A stretch of 64,000 bases of DNA, taken from NCBI GenBank assembly GCA_016929195.1, contig JAFGJG010000020.1, positions 2,722-66,721 on the forward strand. The letters run 5' to 3'. The notes under the pieces are model-generated. The model saw nothing but the letters and a program-made list of their open reading frames with translations, did not search any database and had not been told where the DNA came from. Below, in pieces: positions 47,354 through 55,930 of this stretch. The translations under genes and the position numbers were made by a program. The DNA comes from Thermoleophilaceae bacterium. Lineage in GTDB: Bacteria > Actinomycetota > Thermoleophilia > Solirubrobacterales > Thermoleophilaceae. Position 1 is the first letter of the stretch. Each line of letters begins with the position of its first letter.

Positions 47354-47384
47354 GCCGGCGGCATCCAAGAAGCACTGACCCGGC

Positions 47385-49946
47385 TCAGTCGGCGCGTCCG
47401 AGCGCGTAATCGACCACGCGCGGCAGGTCCATCGCCTGGCCCTCGGTGCGGGCCTGCTGGAACGTCTCGTCAGGCATGTGCGGCGGGGGCAGCGGAGGGG
47501 CCGCGCCGATTGCCTGCAGTCGTGGCCAGAGGCTCCCACCGGCGCCGCCGAGCAGCCGCTCGGCGGCGCCGTCGAGGAAACCCGCGCGCTCGGGGTCGTC
47601 CTGCTCCGCGGCGACTACCGCCAGCGCGCGGAGGAGGTGAGCCGTGCTCGTGACGTAGCCGCTCGCAACGGCCAGGGCGAGCCCGTCGGCCAGTAGCCGG
47701 GTGGCAGAAGCGGCGTCGCCGTTCTCTTCGTGCGCTACGGCGAGGTTGTAGCTCGAGAGCAGGACTGCCAGCGGCGCGCCGGCGCGCCGTGCGTCATCGA
47801 GCGCCGCGGAGTAGAACGCGACGGCATCTGCGTACCGCCCCTCCAGGAACGGGATCTGCCCTCGGAAATTGAGCAGCATCGCTCGCTCCCACGGGAGGTC
47901 TTCGCCGCCCAGGCTCTCCAGTCCTCGGCCGAGCAGCTCCGCCGCGCGCGCATGGTCGCCCTCCAGTGAGGCCAGCTGGGCTTGCGCGGCGAGGATCAGC
48001 ACCAGGTCTGCCGGTCTCCCGCCGTGCTCGAGCAGGGCCACCCCCTGGTCGAGCAGGTTCCCCGCCCTCGCGCCGCCGCGGTCGCGCTGGAACACGAGCT
48101 TGGCTGCCCGAGCGATCACCGCCCCCCGCAGTGCCGGCGGGAGCGAGCCGCCGGTGGTCAGCAGCTGATCCATCCATCGGATCGCCTCTTCGACGTGCCC
48201 GTTCAACCACCAGAAGAGCCACAGGCCTTCGGTCGCCCGTGCCGCACGCTCGCTCTCACAGTGCTCGATGAGCCACGACAGGGCGGCGCGCAGGTTGTCG
48301 TGCTCGGTCTCGAACCACTTGAGCGCAGCGGGTTGGCGCGGACCCCTCAGGTCCGCGCCTCCCTGTTCGGCCAGACGCGCGAAGTGCACCGCGTGGCGGT
48401 TGTGCGCCTCGTCCCAGTCGGGCGTCTGCCGAAGGCGTTCGACCGCGTACTCCGAGATCGTCTCCAACATGCCCAGGCGGGGCGCTGCGGTGCCGCAGTC
48501 CCTTCGAAGCAGACTGCTGTCGACGAGGCCGCCCACTGCGTCGAGGGCCTCGGAGTCGCCGAGATCTGACACCGCCGCCACGGCTTCCAGGTCGAATCCG
48601 CCCGCGAACACGCCGAGACGGTCGAACAGTCCCCGCTGATCAGGACGCAGCTGCTCGTAGCTCCACGAGATCGTGGCGCGAAGCGTCCTCTGACGCTCCG
48701 GCAGGTCCTTTGCCCCGCCGGTCAGGAGGCCCAGCCGGGAGTCGAGCCGCGCGAGTAGTGCGGAAGCGGTCAGCATGGGCATCCTCGCGGCGGCGAGCTC
48801 GAGGGCGAGAGGCAGTCCGTCGAGCCGTCGGGTGATGGCAGCCACTGCCTCCGCGTTCTCGGAGGTGAGCTCGAAGTGCGGGTCTGCGGCGCGCGCCCGC
48901 TCGACGAACAGCTTCACGGCGCCGTAGCGATTGACCGCGGCCGTGGTGGTCTCGACGGCGGGGTCGGGCGTGGGGAGGGGCTGTACTTCGTGGACGTGCT
49001 CGCCGCGAAGGTGCAGTGGAGCCCGGCTCGTCACCAGGGCGCTCACGGCCTCCGTGGAGGCGAGCACATCGGCGAGCACCGGGGCCCCCTCGACCACCTG
49101 TTCGAAGTTGTCCATCACGAGCAGCACGTCGCGCTCGAGGAGGAATGCCTTCACGAGATCGACGGCATCCGCCGTGGCGAGACGCCGGACGCCGAGCGCA
49201 CCCGCCAAGGTGGTGCCGAGGAGCTCGGGATCGGTCACCGCCGTGAGGTCCACGAACGCGACACCGTCCTCGAACTCCGACTTGAGCTGCACGGCGAGCT
49301 CGGCGGCGAGGCGGCTCTTGCCGACTCCTCCCGGGCCGATCAGCGTGACCAAGCGCCGCCCCTGGGCTACGAGCAGGGTGCGTGCTCGGGCGATGTCACG
49401 GTCGCGGCCCACCAGAGGCGTCATGGCCACGGGAACCGCGACCGGCGCGGGCGGCTCGCGTGCGGTGACAGCTCGGCCCGCGGCTTCGAAGTTCTCGCTG
49501 AGCAGCACGGCGAGGTCGTTGGCAACCAGCCGTCGCAGCTCGGCCGGCGTCGCGAACCGCTGGTATGAGGTGCGGCCGTCCTCCCGAACCCGTGCGAGCA
49601 TGTCTCCGAGCCGCGGCTCGCGGTGAGGGGCCGGATGCTTGACGTAGACGAGCTTGGGCAGGTTGCCGGCGCGGCGGTATTCGTCCTCCAGCGCCGAGAC
49701 CCCCTCCCCGGGCGGGACGTTCCCGTAGCTCTGCCAGTAGACGCCGATGAACACCTGGCTCTGAGAGAGATAGGACCGGTAGACGTCGCGCGCCGGGTGC
49801 GCTCGCGCGCCGGCCTCGAACATCACCGGCGTGAGATGCAGACGCTTGATCGCGGCGCGCACGGCGTCCCGCTCCGCGGCCAGTTCACGCAGCGTGGAGC
49901 TCACGAAGACCCGCAGGCGCTGGTCCGGGGTGGCTATGCGTGTCAC
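47385..49946 (-). CDS. DUF4062 (TIR-like) / NB-ARC STAND ATPase / TPR-repeat protein
   Basis: The GTG at 49946 overlaps the upstream stop (GTGA). N-terminus RVFVSSTLRELAAERDAV...VFIGVYWQSYG. P-loop GPGGVGKSRLA. Walker B LLVMDNFE. NB-ARC GLPLALE motif. About 350 aa of C-terminal helical repeats. Confidence 0.85.
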   Translation of the reverse strand: MTRIATPDQRLRVFVSSTLRELAAERDAVRAAIKRLHLTPVMFEAGARAHPARDVYRSYLSQSQVFIGVYWQSYGNVPPGEGVSALEDEYRRAGNLPKLVYVKHPAPHREPRLGDMLARVREDGRTSYQRFATPAELRRLVANDLAVLLSENFEAAGRAVTAREPPAPVAVPVAMTPLVGRDRDIARARTLLVAQGRRLVTLIGPGGVGKSRLAAELAVQLKSEFEDGVAFVDLTAVTDPELLGTTLAGALGVRRLATADAVDLVKAFLLERDVLLVMDNFEQVVEGAPVLADVLASTEAVSALVTSRAPLHLRGEHVHEVQPLPTPDPAVETTTAAVNRYGAVKLFVERARAADPHFELTSENAEAVAAITRRLDGLPLALELAAARMPMLTASALLARLDSRLGLLTGGAKDLPERQRTLRATISWSYEQLRPDQRGLFDRLGVFAGGFDLEAVAAVSDLGDSEALDAVGGLVDSSLLRRDCGTAAPRLGMLETISEYAVERLRQTPDWDEAHNRHAVHFARLAEQGGADLRGPRQPAALKWFETEHDNLRAALSWLIEHCESERAARATEGLWLFWWLNGHVEEAIRWMDQLLTTGGSLPPALRGAVIARAAKLVFQRDRGGARAGNLLDQGVALLEHGGRPADLVLILAAQAQLASLEGDHARAAELLGRGLESLGGEDLPWERAMLLNFRGQIPFLEGRYADAVAFYSAALDDARRAGAPLAVLLSSYNLAVAHEENGDAASATRLLADGLALAVASGYVTSTAHLLRALAVVAAEQDDPERAGFLDGAAERLLGGAGGSLWPRLQAIGAAPPLPPPHMPDETFQQARTEGQAMDLPRVVDYALGRAD

Positions 49947-52052
49947 GGATCCGTTGCGTCCGCGACCGTCCCGTTCCGGAGAGCCGCGTCGAGCTGGGAT
50001 CGCGACGTGATCGCAAGCTTCGGAAAGACCCGGTGCAGGTGCGAACTGATAGTCCGATGCGACAGATAGAGCCGTTGGCCGATCTCCTTGTTGCTGAGCC
50101 CTTCGGCGGCCATCTGGGCGATCTGCAGCTCCTGCGGAGTGAGCTGATCGCGAACATCGGGGGTCAGGACCCGGAGGGTCTCGCCCGATGCGCGCAGCTC
50201 CTGACTGGCGAGCGCGGACCAGGGAGAGGTTCCGAGTGCGTGAAAGGCTTCGCGCGCGGAGCGGAGAAAGGCGCGCGAGTCGGCAGGCCGGCGGCGGCGG
50301 CGCAACCACTCGCCGTAGGCCAGCTGGATCCGGGCGCGCAGGAACGGCCATCGCCTCATGTCCTCAGTCAGCGCGGCATCGAACAGAGATTCGGCATGTT
50401 CGTCGTCGGCGAGCAGGGCACGTGCGTAGAGCAGGCTGGCCAGTAGGCCGGGGACCGGGAGACGGGTGGCGAGCCCTTCCAGCTCCGCGACGATCGGGCG
50501 AGCGACCTGATGCTGGCCACTGCGCGACGCGGCCTCCGCCAGGTCAGCGGCGGTGAAGCTGCGGCTCGAATAGTGGTGCGCTGGGTCGCTGGGATCGTGG
50601 ACCCGGCACAGATGCTCGAGGGCGGCTGCCGGCCGCCCGTCGGCCAGGGCGGCGATGCCGCGGGCGTGCTGGGCGGCGCAGAGCAGCGCAGCGGCGCCGA
50701 TCGGCGCGCCCACCGCCTCGGCAGCGGCGATCAGCACCTCCGCGCGGGGCGTGTCGCCGCGCAGTGCGGCCGCGATCGCTTGGCCTGTCTGTGCCACGGC
50801 CGCGATCAAGGGCTGTTCGGTTTCCCTGGCCAGCCGCTCCGCCTCCTCTGCGGCGGCTGCGGCCATCTGCAGGTTCGCGAGTTGCCCAGCACTCATCGCC
50901 TGGAAGGCGAGCCTGCGGCTGAGCGCGCCGAGATGCCCCTGGAGGCGAAGCTCGCCGTTCGCGGCGCCGAGCAGCGGCCTTGGCGATCTCGAATGCGCCG
51001 ACGGCGGCCGCCGCAAGCGATGTGAAGCTGGCGCTCTCCGCGTGACCATGCTCGCCGGAGACCCCCTGGAGCCACGTGACCACCTTCGTACCGCGCTCGA
51101 TCGGGGCTGCGAAGGCGAGGATGGCCAGCAGGCGCGAGTCTCGTCCCTGCGCGCCGAGACCGTCCGCGATGCTCACGATCCGGTCGCGCACGTCCGATCC
51201 CGAGTCCGACCACCAGCAGTGCATGGCGGCGCACAGGAGAAGGTTGATCGCCAGGTCGCGCTCGCCGCGGCGAACAGTGTGCTCGGCCATGAGGATGAGG
51301 GCTGGGATGCGATGACCTCCGGCGCCGGCCTCTTTTTCGAGCAGCCCGCGCAGCCATAACAGACGCGCCTGCCCGTCCGGTCCCAGCGGCAGCCGTTCCG
51401 CGAGCGCGAGAAGGCGGTCGACCGAACCCTCGCCGTGGATCTCATAGGAGAGCTCCGCGGCACGAAGGAGTCGTGCGGCGCGCGACGCCGGATCGGGGCT
51501 GACCTGGGCAGCCCCCTCAAGCGCGGTGATCGCGGCGGTCGGAGAGCCTCGCCGGGAGGCCGCGGCCGCTGCGGCTTCGAGGTCGGCGGCAGCGGCCTCA
51601 TCTGGACTCGTCAGCGAAGCGGCCCGATGCCACGCGCGGCGCTCGCGCTGATCCTGGAGCACGCTCGCGAGCGCTGCATGGGCGCCCTGCCGGCGCCCAG
51701 CGGCGGCCGATTTCTGGACCGCGGCTCGCATCAGGGGATTGCTGAACCGGACTCTTCCGTCCTCGACGTCGATCAGCCCCGCCTCGACGGCGGCGGGAAC
51801 AGCAGCGTCGACCCGCTCCCGGCCGAGCACGCCCGCCGTGGCCTCGACTACTTCATCGAGCCCGCCTCCTTCGTCGGCGGCAGCTACGAGAAGCAGCATC
51901 CGGATGTCATCGGGTAGCCGCCTGACCTGGTCGGCCAAAGCCTGCTCCAAGCGGCCGGTGAGGGTCCGGCCACCCGGCGCCGGCGAGGGGGAATCCTTGG
52001 AGTGGTCCCAAGAGCGGGACAGATCCGGCTCGTCATCGACAAGGAATGACAT
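49943..52052 (-). pseudogene. decayed LuxR/LAL-family regulator (no P-loop region, frameshift near 50975)
   Basis: Frame 1 (52052 down to about 50980) carries the post-ATPase and TPR part (RRLPDDIRMLLLVAAA...). Frame 2 (about 50975 down to 49943) carries more TPR plus the LuxR HTH (LTPQELQIAQMAAEGLSNKEIGQRLYLSHRTISSHL). Only a Walker-B-like remnant FLVDDEPDL is left at the N-terminus. Confidence 0.6.
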
Positions 52053-52100
52053 GGCTCACCCGGATTGATAGAGTTGAACTCCAGTGACAAGAGATGTTGT

Positions 52101-52117
52101 CTAGAGCAAGACTCTAG
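52101..52117. promoter_or_regulatory. candidate operator palindrome upstream of the TetR gene
   Basis: CTAGAG-CAAGA-CTCTAG lies in the only AT-richer stretch of the 52053..52133 divergent intergenic region, 17 nt before the TetR ATG. Confidence 0.25.
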
Positions 52118-52133
52118 CGAGTAGAGAAGATGT

Positions 52134-52763
52134 ATGTCAAGCGAAGCCTCGAACGATGATCAATTCCGGAGCCGGCGTGACGAGTACGCGGAGGTAACGC
52201 GTCGCGCCGTCGTTGCTGCCGCGCGCGAGCTATTCGGCGAGAAGGGCTACTCGAGCACGACCGTTCAGGAGATCTCGCGACGGGCGCGTGTCTCGCCTGC
52301 AACCGTCTATGCGCAATGCGGCGGCAAGCAGGGACTGCTCGAAAGCCTGATGGACGCCTGGACTGCGGGCGCGTTGGTCCGCGAGATCATCGACTCCTGC
52401 GCGATGGCCCGAACGGGGGCGGAGAGGCTTCAGGTGCTCGCCGACGGCTACCTGAAGATCTTCGAGACATCCGGCGACATCATCCGCATCGTGACCGACG
52501 CGGCCGCCACTTCCCCGGTAGCGGCCGAGTTCCTCGGGACTGCGAACACCCGGCATCACCAGGCCCTGCTCGAGATCGTGGCGCAGATCCGCGAGTCCGG
52601 CGACCTGATTGAGGGTCTGTCGGACGAGGACGCCGCCAACATCATCTTCTTCCACTTCCGGGCCGAGCAGTTCATGCTCGCGGCGTATGGCTTCGGGTGG
52701 GGTGAGGCTCGAACGCGCGACTGGCTTCGCGAACGCATCGAGTCGGCCATCTTGAAGCGGTAG
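52134..52763 (+). CDS. TetR/AcrR family transcriptional regulator
   Basis: 209 aa. HTH STTVQEISRRARVSPATVYAQCGGKQGLL. Confidence 0.9.
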   Translation: MSSEASNDDQFRSRRDEYAEVTRRAVVAAARELFGEKGYSSTTVQEISRRARVSPATVYAQCGGKQGLLESLMDAWTAGALVREIIDSCAMARTGAERLQVLADGYLKIFETSGDIIRIVTDAAATSPVAAEFLGTANTRHHQALLEIVAQIRESGDLIEGLSDEDAANIIFFHFRAEQFMLAAYGFGWGEARTRDWLRERIESAILKR

Positions 52764-52818
52764 CGCCCGCGAGTGGCTCGGCCGGGCGAGGCGAACTGAC
52801 GCGGCCGCGGCGGCCGTG

Positions 52819-53085
52819 CTAGCGACCCGTGCGCTCGCGGTGGCTGCAGCCCGGCCAGCAGCAGGGTCGGCGCTGGCCCTCCTCGAGCTCCTCCTGGGTC
52901 CGGCGAATGCGGCGCTCCCGGGTCGGCTCCCGCTTGGCGTCCTCGACCCAGCAGATGAACTCGTTGCGAGCCAGGGGCGTGATGTCCTTCCATGCCTCGA
53001 GTGCCGTGGTGTTGGCGATCAGCGCCTCGCGCAGATCCGTGGGCAGCTTGTGGACCACTCCACCGGGCACTCGCTGGGTGCTCAC
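52819..53085 (-). CDS. YdeI/OmpD-associated family protein
   Basis: 88 aa. LPTDLREAL...AWKDITPLARNEFICWVEDAKREPTRERRI is typical of this family. Confidence 0.7.
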   Translation of the reverse strand: MSTQRVPGGVVHKLPTDLREALIANTTALEAWKDITPLARNEFICWVEDAKREPTRERRIRRTQEELEEGQRRPCCWPGCSHRERTGR

Positions 53086-53209
53086 AGGGCCACGGTAGCG
53101 GGCTCGCGCTCGGTCCCGGTGCGGTCATTCGGGTCCGCGCTCCTCTGGCGTCGACTACTCTCATTGGTGAGGGAATTTTTCTCGGTCCGATGGAACCAGG
53201 AAGGCCTTA

Positions 53210-53386
53210 GTGAAGACACAGCGGGAACGAGCCGAGGCGCGCCGTCAATTGAAGCTGGCGGACGTCCGGGATCAGGTCGAGCGTGGCACGCTCACCATCA
53301 GGAAGATGACGGCGAAGGAGAGCGCCGCGCTCCCGCCCCGCCCCCGAGGCGAGCGGCCTCGGGGCACCAGGTCGCGCTGGGCCTGA
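53210..53386 (+). CDS. possible small basic protein (58 aa, below the ORF-track cutoff)
   Basis: GTG at 53210 with AGGAAGG 6 nt upstream. VKTQRERAEARRQLKLADVRDQVERGTLTIRKMTAKE... The Arg/Pro-rich tail weakens the call. Confidence 0.3.
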   Translation: MKTQRERAEARRQLKLADVRDQVERGTLTIRKMTAKESAALPPRPRGERPRGTRSRWA

Positions 53387-53396
53387 GCCGGCACCG

Positions 53397-54794
53397 TCAG
53401 TCGGTGTTGACGCTGAGCACGAACATGTCCTTGTTGTCCGGTTCCGAGGCGGAGTAGGCCGCGGTGCCCGGGTACTGGACGGTGCCGAACACCACCCCCG
53501 CCATCACCAGCCGCCCGCCGGGCGCCGGCGCGATCTCGCCGGCCACGGTCCGGACGTCGGTCTGACTCGGGCTCGACACCCATAGGAGCCGCCCCGCCGG
53601 GTCGTATTTCGCGATGAAGGCGCGGGTGGCGCCGGCGCTCAGCGTGGACCCGGGTCCGCCGGTGGACGAGAACTTGGTCGGGCCGGTGTACGAGCCCGTG
53701 ACGTAGAGATTGCCCGCGGCGTCGGTGACGTTCTCGCCGCCCAGGATCGCGCTCGCGCTCGTGATCGCGTTGGCCCAGCGCGGGGTACCGTCCGGGCCGA
53801 GCCGCGCCACGAAGGTGCCCGCCGCGTCGCCGTCGCCCTGGACGCTCACACCGCCGCCGAATGACATCGTGCCCGTGAACGTCCCGGACAGGAACGCGTC
53901 GCCACCGGCGTCGCCGGCGATCCCGCGCCCGACGTCCTCCACCCCCGCGGTCCCGTACACCGCGGAGTCGAGCACGGCTCCGCTCGCACCGTCGAGACGG
54001 GCGGTCCAGACGTCGAAGGCGCGGCCGGCGATCGAGTAGCTGTCGGAGCCGATCGTCGTGGCGCCGAAGGCCTCGCCGGTCACGACCACGGCACCGCCGC
54101 CGGTCGTCTCGATCCCGCGGGCGCGCTGGCGGCCGGAGCCGCCGATCTTCCGCGTCCACACGCGCGTCCCGTCGGGCCGGAACTTGATGACGAACGAATC
54201 GATGTCGCCGTCGTTCGCCCAGGTGACGGCGCCGTCGCTGAACGGACCGTTCGAGAGCGCGAGCACGTAGACGTTCCCGGCCGCGTCGGTCTCCACCTCG
54301 TTGCCGCCGTCCTCGGCGGCGCCGCCGAGCCGGCGCACCCACTGGGTGGATCCCGCCGCGTCCTGCTTGACCAGCGCCATGTCGTGCCCGCCGGCGCTGA
54401 CGGCGGTGCATCCGGCGCAGGCGCCGAAGCTCACCGTCTGCCCGAACCAGCCGCTCAGGTAGGTCGCGTCGGACGGGCCGGTGGTCGAGTCGAAGATCGC
54501 ATCGTCCGCGCCGGCGCCGTACGTGGCCACCGAGATGAGCGCGCCGGCCGGCGTGTAGCGGGCCACGAACATGTCCTCGCCACCCGCAGCGGTGCGGGTC
54601 TGCGTCCCCCAGGTGGCGGTGCGCAGGAACTTGCCCGCCACGATCACGCGCCCGCCGCTGTCCGCCGAGATGCCGTCGGCCTCGTCCTCCTGGGTCGGCC
54701 CGCCGGAGCCGGCCAGCCAGTTGTAGGTCGGCGCGCAGCCCGCCAAGGTCGCCACGGCGACGGCGGACGCGAGCAGTGCCGGGAGGCGCGTCAT
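53397..54794 (-). CDS. lipoprotein with beta-propeller (SBBP-like) repeats
   Basis: ATG at 54794. Lipobox AVATLAGC. Recurring D-x-F-V/L-A/V-K/R-Y/L-x-x-x-G units (DMFVARYTPAG, DMALVKQDAAG, DSFVIKFRPDG, DVWTARLDGASG, TFVARLGPDG, AFIAKYDPAG). Confidence 0.8.
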   Translation of the reverse strand: MTRLPALLASAVAVATLAGCAPTYNWLAGSGGPTQEDEADGISADSGGRVIVAGKFLRTATWGTQTRTAAGGEDMFVARYTPAGALISVATYGAGADDAIFDSTTGPSDATYLSGWFGQTVSFGACAGCTAVSAGGHDMALVKQDAAGSTQWVRRLGGAAEDGGNEVETDAAGNVYVLALSNGPFSDGAVTWANDGDIDSFVIKFRPDGTRVWTRKIGGSGRQRARGIETTGGGAVVVTGEAFGATTIGSDSYSIAGRAFDVWTARLDGASGAVLDSAVYGTAGVEDVGRGIAGDAGGDAFLSGTFTGTMSFGGGVSVQGDGDAAGTFVARLGPDGTPRWANAITSASAILGGENVTDAAGNLYVTGSYTGPTKFSSTGGPGSTLSAGATRAFIAKYDPAGRLLWVSSPSQTDVRTVAGEIAPAPGGRLVMAGVVFGTVQYPGTAAYSASEPDNKDMFVLSVNTD

Positions 54795-54825
54795 CAGCGC
54801 AGCTTGGCGTGGCGGCGAGGCCAGG

Positions 54826-55401
54826 TCAATGGAGGGCGGGCCGGTAGACGAGCTCCTGGGTGTTGCCGTCGAGCGTCCGGCTCTCGAGCAGCTCCAGGTC
54901 GAAGTCGGCCGCACCCTGGAAGATCGGGTCAAGCCCGGTCTGGCCGGTGATCACGGGGAAGAGCGTCACCTGCACGCGGTCGACGAGGCCGGCTGCCATC
55001 AGCGCCCGGTTCATGGCCAGGCTGCCGTGCGAGCGCAACGGCACCGCGGACTCCTCCTTGAGCCGGGCGACGACGTCGACGGCATCCCCGCTCACGACGG
55101 TCGCGTCGGGCCAGTCGAGGGGCTCCTCCAGGGTCGTCGACACCACCGTCGCCGGCAGGCTCCTCATCCGGGTGACCCACGGGTCGCGCACCTCGGACTC
55201 CGCGGTGCTCGAGGCCAGCATCCGCGCGAACGCCCGGTACGTGTTGGCCCCGAAGACCATCCGCTGCTCCGCGTCGTACGAGGCAAGGCGGTGGTCGAGC
55301 AGCTCCGGGCCCTGCTTGCCCCAGTAGCCGGTCCAGTCGCCGCCGGCGGCGCCGTAGCCGTCGAGGCTGGAGAAGACGTCGAAGGTGTACGTGGCGGTCA
55401 T
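54826..55401 (-). CDS. dihydrofolate reductase family protein (RibD C-terminal domain)
   Basis: From MTATYTFDVFSSLDGY. LRSHGSLAMNRALMAAGLVDRVQVTLFPVITG pattern. Confidence 0.85.
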   Translation of the reverse strand: MTATYTFDVFSSLDGYGAAGGDWTGYWGKQGPELLDHRLASYDAEQRMVFGANTYRAFARMLASSTAESEVRDPWVTRMRSLPATVVSTTLEEPLDWPDATVVSGDAVDVVARLKEESAVPLRSHGSLAMNRALMAAGLVDRVQVTLFPVITGQTGLDPIFQGAADFDLELLESRTLDGNTQELVYRPALH

Positions 55402-55466
55402 GCCGTTCTCCTCGAGTGGGTTGATCGGTGTGCCTACAGACCGGGTCACGCTGCGAGACTCATCGC

Positions 55467-55868
55467 GTGCCCTACACCCTGAGGAACCTGAGGGACGATC
55501 TGGACGACGTGGGGTCGAACTTCGACGGCGCGCCGGACCTGGAGTTCCGGCTCGCGACCGACGCGCTGGAGCTCGAGCGGTCCGGGCTGAGCTACCAGCG
55601 CGTCCCGCCCGGCTATCGCTTCCCGTACGGCCACACGCACAGGCAGCAGGAGGAGGTGTACGTGGTCGTGCGGGGCAGCGGGCGGATGAAGCTCGACGAC
55701 GAGATCGTCGAGCTCAGGGAGTGGGACGTCGTGCGCGTCCCGCCCGGTACGTGGCGGGGCTACGAGGCCGGGCCGGACGGCCTCGAGATCCTCGTCTTCG
55801 GAGCGCCCAGCCTCGGCGGAGCCCGGCGCGATGACGTGGAGGGCCGGCGCGACTGGTGGGCCGACTAG
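55467..55868 (+). CDS. cupin domain-containing protein
   Basis: GHTHRQQEEVYVVVRGSG ... VRVPPGTWRGYEAG. GTG at 55467 preferred over the ATG at 55428, which would crowd the divergent gene. Confidence 0.75.
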   Translation: MPYTLRNLRDDLDDVGSNFDGAPDLEFRLATDALELERSGLSYQRVPPGYRFPYGHTHRQQEEVYVVVRGSGRMKLDDEIVELREWDVVRVPPGTWRGYEAGPDGLEILVFGAPSLGGARRDDVEGRRDWWAD

Positions 55869-55930
55869 GGACGACGTCGGAAGCACAGCGATGGGCGGCG
55901 ACGATTTGCTCGTCGTTCCTGGTGCTGCCC

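Noticed and set aside
47351-47387. An 8-bp inverted repeat TGAGCCGG...CCGGCTCA spanning the two convergent stop codons.
   Set aside because: The 21-nt loop and short stem make it marginal as a terminator, and part of the symmetry is forced by the TGA/TCA stop codons.
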